Source: Candidatus Nomurabacteria bacterium
GTDB taxonomy: Bacteria > Patescibacteriota > Saccharimonadia > Saccharimonadales > HK-STAS-PATE-42
Assembly (NCBI GenBank): GCA_023898665.1
Contig: CP060233.1
Location: 18,801 to 82,800, forward strand
Length of the DNA: 64,000 bases
Direction: 5' to 3'
Shown here: positions 60,679 to 64,000 of the stretch, one piece after another
How the letters are laid out: each line of letters begins with the position of its first letter
How positions within the stretch are numbered: the first letter of the stretch is position 1
Notes under the pieces: model-generated
Databases searched by the model: none
What the model was told of the DNA's origin: nothing
Seen by the model: only the letters and a program-made list of their open reading frames with translations
Translations under genes and position numbers: made by a program

Positions 60679-63060
60679 TTAACTTCTTTTATGGTTAAGT
60701 TTATAGGAGGCATACCGAGACACAAAAACAAATATTAAAGCAACCAAAAGATATTTTATGACTAATCCTCCAGTTGAAGCTAAGGGTGTGGGGTCACTTA
60801 AGTTATTGGTTGGATTATTGCCACCAGTGGGTTCCTCTGGGGTAACCGGCATAGGGTAATTATTTGATGAAAAGTTATTTATGTTGTCTTCACCAAGGTC
60901 AATCATGTACGCAAGTGGGTCACCAGATGCAAACCCACTATTTACAGTACTATACTCTGGATCATCAGATGGGGCTGCCCCTAACGCATAGTTAGTGAAG
61001 ACAAGGTCTGAATCTGGGGATATCTCAAAACTTAAGTTTACAGTAATAGAAGACCCAGGCTCTAGGGTGGTATTTGAGCCAGTGAGCCAGCATACCACAA
61101 TTCCAAGTGTTGTATCAGTTGTTGCTCCAAGACCTGCGGCTGAGGGAGCGGGGCCATATAGACAAGTCAGGTCTGGATCGCCAACATCAATTATTTGAGA
61201 ACCGGGTAGTGGCCCATCTGCTACATAACCGGATGGGTTTATTAAGTCTTGCGGAACAAAATCATATATTAGCCCTGCTCCGCCTATAGTGCTAAAATTA
61301 CTTAGATCGGAGGCAGTACTACCGCTGTTAGTATAGGTAATTTGGTAATCTACAATCGAGCCAGGAGCAGATATCTCCTCTGGATTGAGAAGTGTTTTTG
61401 TGACAGACATATCAGACCTCGGTATATTAACACCACCAAACTCACTTGTTGCACCAAAGCCATCTGTAGATTGGTCAATTTCGGTAGTAGTCATGGCTAG
61501 GTTTGTCACCCCTGTAACATTGCTTAGTGTATTCGTAAAAGACTGAGCGCCAGATCCTAGGGAAGTTATGTTTTGATAACCCAGATAGGTTTCGCCTTCA
61601 CCGTTGCCTGAAGAATCTTGGGTGGTATTTGAGTAAAATTCGACTCGGTAGTCCCCTGCGGGAACGTCGAGCGCATAAGATACGGTTGTATCACCAGAGA
61701 CCTCGTTAACTGCCGTGTATATTGGATAGTTCAAGAGTTCATTTGCTCCGGTGTCTAGGTCAAAATGGTCATTGAAGAGAGGATGATTAGCTCCAAGGGA
61801 AATTCCTAAGTCACCATTACTAAAGATTGAGTTTCCAAGTATAGAAACTCTTTGAGAAGGGACTAACTCTTCATCCTGATCGGTCATATCCCAGACGTGC
61901 ACTCCATTCTCACCGTTGAATGCAACCATATTACCCCTAACTACCGAATCTGATGTGCCACCAAGTGAGATCCCGTTTTGATAATTGCCTAAATCTTGTG
62001 TGCCAGTGTAGTCAGTTCCAATATAGTTTTTAATGATGTATATATTGTCGCTGAAATCTGGCTGAATACCACCTTGAATCGGACCTGCCCCTCCAGAACC
62101 GTTGGCCGAAATTACATTTGCCGCACCGGGTTCATCTCCCCCTATATACATGCTGTGCATATAGTCTATAGTTAGACCGGCAGCGTTATTACCAATTGCA
62201 GTTAAGCCGTCCGCTCCTACTCCAATGTAATTACCTTGAACAGTCCAGTTCTCTCCACCAGCCGCAATACCCTGTGAGTCCAAACAACTTGGGCAGCCCT
62301 GACCTGAAATTATGTTTCTATCCTCCGGGTTTAGGCCGCCGATCAAGACATTTGTCGAACCATTTTGTTGATTACTGTCTAAGTTGCCCCATATGCCCTG
62401 TTTATAGTTTCCTCTGTCCAGCAAACCAGTTGGGTCTACACCTATGTAGTTACCTTGGATATTAATATTTGTTGAAGTATCTAATACACCGATACCTGAA
62501 AACTGGAAACTATTTATTACTAAGCCCTTAATAGTAACGCCATCCGTCGCACTAATGTCAAGTGCATCAACTACCCCTGCTCCAGTCCCATCCAACTCAA
62601 TCAACAACGTACCATTAAGGGGGTTAGGAGCTATAGCAGTATTAGCCTGTGATCCTGGTTGGGAGTAGCCGTCTATGGTGAGGGTTTCTGTTATTTGAGG
62701 TAGTGCAGATTGAGGAGAGATGGTGTAGCCATTTTGAGAGTTGTTAGTGAAGTCTGGAGTACCTGAGATATTAAAGAGAATGGTTGAGGCATCAGGATCT
62801 GAGTTAGCTTCTTGAATAGCTGCTCTTAGGGTACAGTTGCCATCTCCATCATCACAGGTTCCATCGCCAATGTTTGCATCTGCAGTATCTAGAGTGGAGT
62901 CTACGGTTATACCATCTGAGAAGTCATTATCAAGAGCAGAGACATTCTTGTTTTGTCTAGATAGAGCTAGGGAGAGGAAAGAGCCGAGAATTAGAAATCC
63001 GGTGAGAAAAAGAAGTTTAAGTTTTTTAGAAAGCATGGATTTTTTTAAAGATATATACAT
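60679..63060 (-). CDS. Large sortase-anchored surface protein, paralogue of 10478..13273 (LASTG sorting signal)
   Basis: 793 aa. Signal peptide. GDGTCDDGDGNCTLRAAIQEA. Blocks shared with the 931-aa protein: GYSQPGSQAN..PLNGTLLIELD, DVPAGDYRVEFYS, GATSEFGG, DGPLPGS..DPDLTCL. C-terminus is LASTG + helix + KLNHKRS. Confidence 0.8.
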   Translation of the reverse strand: MYISLKKSMLSKKLKLLFLTGFLILGSFLSLALSRQNKNVSALDNDFSDGITVDSTLDTADANIGDGTCDDGDGNCTLRAAIQEANSDPDASTILFNISGTPDFTNNSQNGYTISPQSALPQITETLTIDGYSQPGSQANTAIAPNPLNGTLLIELDGTGAGVVDALDISATDGVTIKGLVINSFQFSGIGVLDTSTNINIQGNYIGVDPTGLLDRGNYKQGIWGNLDSNQQNGSTNVLIGGLNPEDRNIISGQGCPSCLDSQGIAAGGENWTVQGNYIGVGADGLTAIGNNAAGLTIDYMHSMYIGGDEPGAANVISANGSGGAGPIQGGIQPDFSDNIYIIKNYIGTDYTGTQDLGNYQNGISLGGTSDSVVRGNMVAFNGENGVHVWDMTDQDEELVPSQRVSILGNSIFSNGDLGISLGANHPLFNDHFDLDTGANELLNYPIYTAVNEVSGDTTVSYALDVPAGDYRVEFYSNTTQDSSGNGEGETYLGYQNITSLGSGAQSFTNTLSNVTGVTNLAMTTTEIDQSTDGFGATSEFGGVNIPRSDMSVTKTLLNPEEISAPGSIVDYQITYTNSGSTASDLSNFSTIGGAGLIYDFVPQDLINPSGYVADGPLPGSQIIDVGDPDLTCLYGPAPSAAGLGATTDTTLGIVVCWLTGSNTTLEPGSSITVNLSFEISPDSDLVFTNYALGAAPSDDPEYSTVNSGFASGDPLAYMIDLGEDNINNFSSNNYPMPVTPEEPTGGNNPTNNLSDPTPLASTGGLVIKYLLVALIFVFVSRYASYKLNHKRS

Positions 63061-63092
63061 GTTTTTTAGTTAAGTCTAAATCTAGGCTTATT

Positions 63093-63122
63093 TATATGTA
63101 TGAATAATTATTCATACATATA
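63093..63122. repeat. 30-bp perfect palindrome upstream of the surface-protein gene
   Basis: TATATGTATGAATAA|TTATTCATACATATA, checked base by base, lies 33-62 nt upstream of the ATG at 63060. Confidence 0.9.
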
Positions 63123-63286
63123 TTAAGCTTATGGTTAGGATTTTAACATGTTATGGGGGGGTGGGCAATAAGTGTTTAATCCTTAGAAATGTTGAACATC
63201 CAGGTTATGCCAAACTTATCTTTGACGACTCTGAATAAGTCAATTCTATTTAGTAGGCGGGAATGGGTCAGGGTAGCAGCCAAGAC

Positions 63287-63317
63287 AAAAAAGAGACTGA
63301 ATGTAATATTCAATCTC
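63287..63317 (-). terminator. Rho-independent terminator downstream of tRNA-fMet
   Basis: Minus strand: GAGATTGAA-tattaca-TTCAGTCTC (9-bp stem with one G-U pair) followed by TTTTTT, starting 18 nt after the tRNA 3' end. Confidence 0.65.
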
Positions 63318-63334
63318 TACCTGTTATTCTAACT

Positions 63335-63409
63335 TGGTTGCGGAGGCAGGACTCGAACCTGCGACCTCGTGGTTATGAGCCACGCGAGCTGCCGCTGCTC
63401 TACTCCGCG
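63335..63409 (-). tRNA. Initiator tRNA-fMet (anticodon CAT), CCA encoded
   Basis: 75 nt: CGCGGAG-TA-GAGC-AGCGGCA-GCTC-G-CGTGG-CTCATAA-CCACG-AGGTC-GCAGG-TTCGAGT-CCTGC-CTCCGCA-ACCA. All stems pair. The C1/A72 mismatch and the A11:U24 pair are initiator hallmarks, and it is closely similar to E. coli tRNA-fMet. Confidence 0.92.
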
Positions 63410-63481
63410 TTAAATGGCTAAGGTTAATTTTAGCACAAAAATGGAGTTTTTTCCATAGTAATTAATCTTTAAACTTAAAGC

Positions 63482-64000
63482 TTAGTTATGATCATGATGA
63501 GATGAATCTGAGCTATGGTGACGGTCTACACCTTCAATCTTGCCGTGTAGATAGTTAGAGATTAAGCCTACAGACAGAGCTCCAAATATAAGAAGTGCTG
63601 CGCTTAAGTTTATGGCTTTTTTTGAGGATTTTTCGTGGATCTCTGGAATGATGTCACTGACTGCAATATAGATAAACATACCAGCGACAAGACCAAGGAG
63701 AGGAGCGGTATTAAAATCGTGATTTTGTCCTACTGTAAACACAAGCACTGCGGCAACAACGGCAGCAAAAGCGCTAATTAAGTTTACAATGAGAACTCTT
63801 TTTCTTGCCATTCCCTTACTTAAGAGAAGTCCAAAATCGCCAACTTCTTGTGGGATCTCGTGTGCTGCAACTGCAAGTGAGGTTATAATACCGGCTTCTG
63901 GAGAGACTAAAAATGCTGCACCAATAGCAAGACCATCTATAAAGTTATGCAGAGTATCACCAAAGACTATCATCGATATTTTAGGATCGTTATGATGTTC
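63482..64000 (-). CDS. ZIP-family (ZupT-like) metal transporter, C-terminal part (gene continues beyond the right edge)
   Basis: HNFIDGLAIGAAF and AAHEIPQEVGDFGLL signatures, and a His-rich tail HHSSDSSHHDHN. The frame stays open upstream of the track's ATG (..EHHNDPKIS-MIVFGD) to position 64000. Confidence 0.85.
   Translation of the reverse strand, partial: EHHNDPKISMIVFGDTLHNFIDGLAIGAAFLVSPEAGIITSLAVAAHEIPQEVGDFGLLLSKGMARKRVLIVNLISAFAAVVAAVLVFTVGQNHDFNTAPLLGLVAGMFIYIAVSDIIPEIHEKSSKKAINLSAALLIFGALSVGLISNYLHGKIEGVDRHHSSDSSHHDHN

Noticed and set aside
63427-63435. Possible tRNA-fMet promoter TGcTAAAAT (minus strand) 17 nt upstream of the mature 5' end, preceded by a weak ATGGA-N6-TCCAT-TTTT hairpin after the ZIP gene
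   Set aside because: This is plausible, but it rests on a single hexamer in AT-rich DNA and a 5-bp AT-rich stem. That is not enough to list as a supported feature.
1-64000. Searched for CRISPR arrays, rRNA genes, IS elements/transposases, integrases, reverse transcriptase/DGR, and prophage genes
   Set aside because: There are no regularly spaced direct repeats, no rRNA-like conserved stretches, and no ORF with recognisable transposase, integrase, RT or phage structural signatures. The only repeat-type signals are those reported as findings.

Overview
This is an AT-rich (by eye roughly 35-40% GC), very gene-dense bacterial chromosome segment, about 90% coding, with no rRNA, CRISPR array, transposase or integrase that I could see. 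Gene content and style point to a small-genome Patescibacteria/CPR organism (Saccharibacteria-like): tiny intergenic gaps, overlapping convergent gene ends, a shortened AlaRS, sortases with many anchored surface proteins, and many lineage-specific orphan ORFs. That placement is inference only. Housekeeping backbone: rpsG(partial)-rpsL-rpoC-rpoB on the minus strand, recX, a DEAD-box helicase, tig, clpP, murJ, lepA, bcp, a flavoprotein disulfide reductase, sodB, an AI-2E permease, a TrmH-type methyltransferase, leuS, a VKOR homologue, dnaJ, alaS, dnaK, initiator tRNA-fMet and a partial ZIP metal transporter. Accessory content: (1) a sortase-centred surface-protein locus (8.3-21 kb), plus a second sortase (55.4 kb) and a paralogous giant surface protein (60.7-63.1 kb), all using xxxTG sorting signals (SPKTG, LSKTG, APRTG, LASTG). 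(2) A three-gene array of RimK-type ATP-grasp ligases (47.0-50.2 kb), one fused to a retropepsin-like domain and flanked by orphan proteins. (3) Four small tandem paralogous membrane ORFs wedged between tig and clpP, next to a 27-bp duplication of the tig 3' end. (4) An AbiJ-like HEPN protein. Most notable observations: a complete Nudix domain with a perfect Nudix box is inserted in frame inside LeuRS. The palindrome TAAGCTTA / TTAAGCTTAA is strongly over-represented across the window. At least 15 genes carry (TGn)TAnnnT -10 boxes only 6-10 nt from the start codon, suggesting leaderless mRNAs. CIRCE operators sit at dnaK (two copies), dnaJ and, in degenerate form, clpP. All calls rest on reading the sequence and ORF translations; no database search was run.
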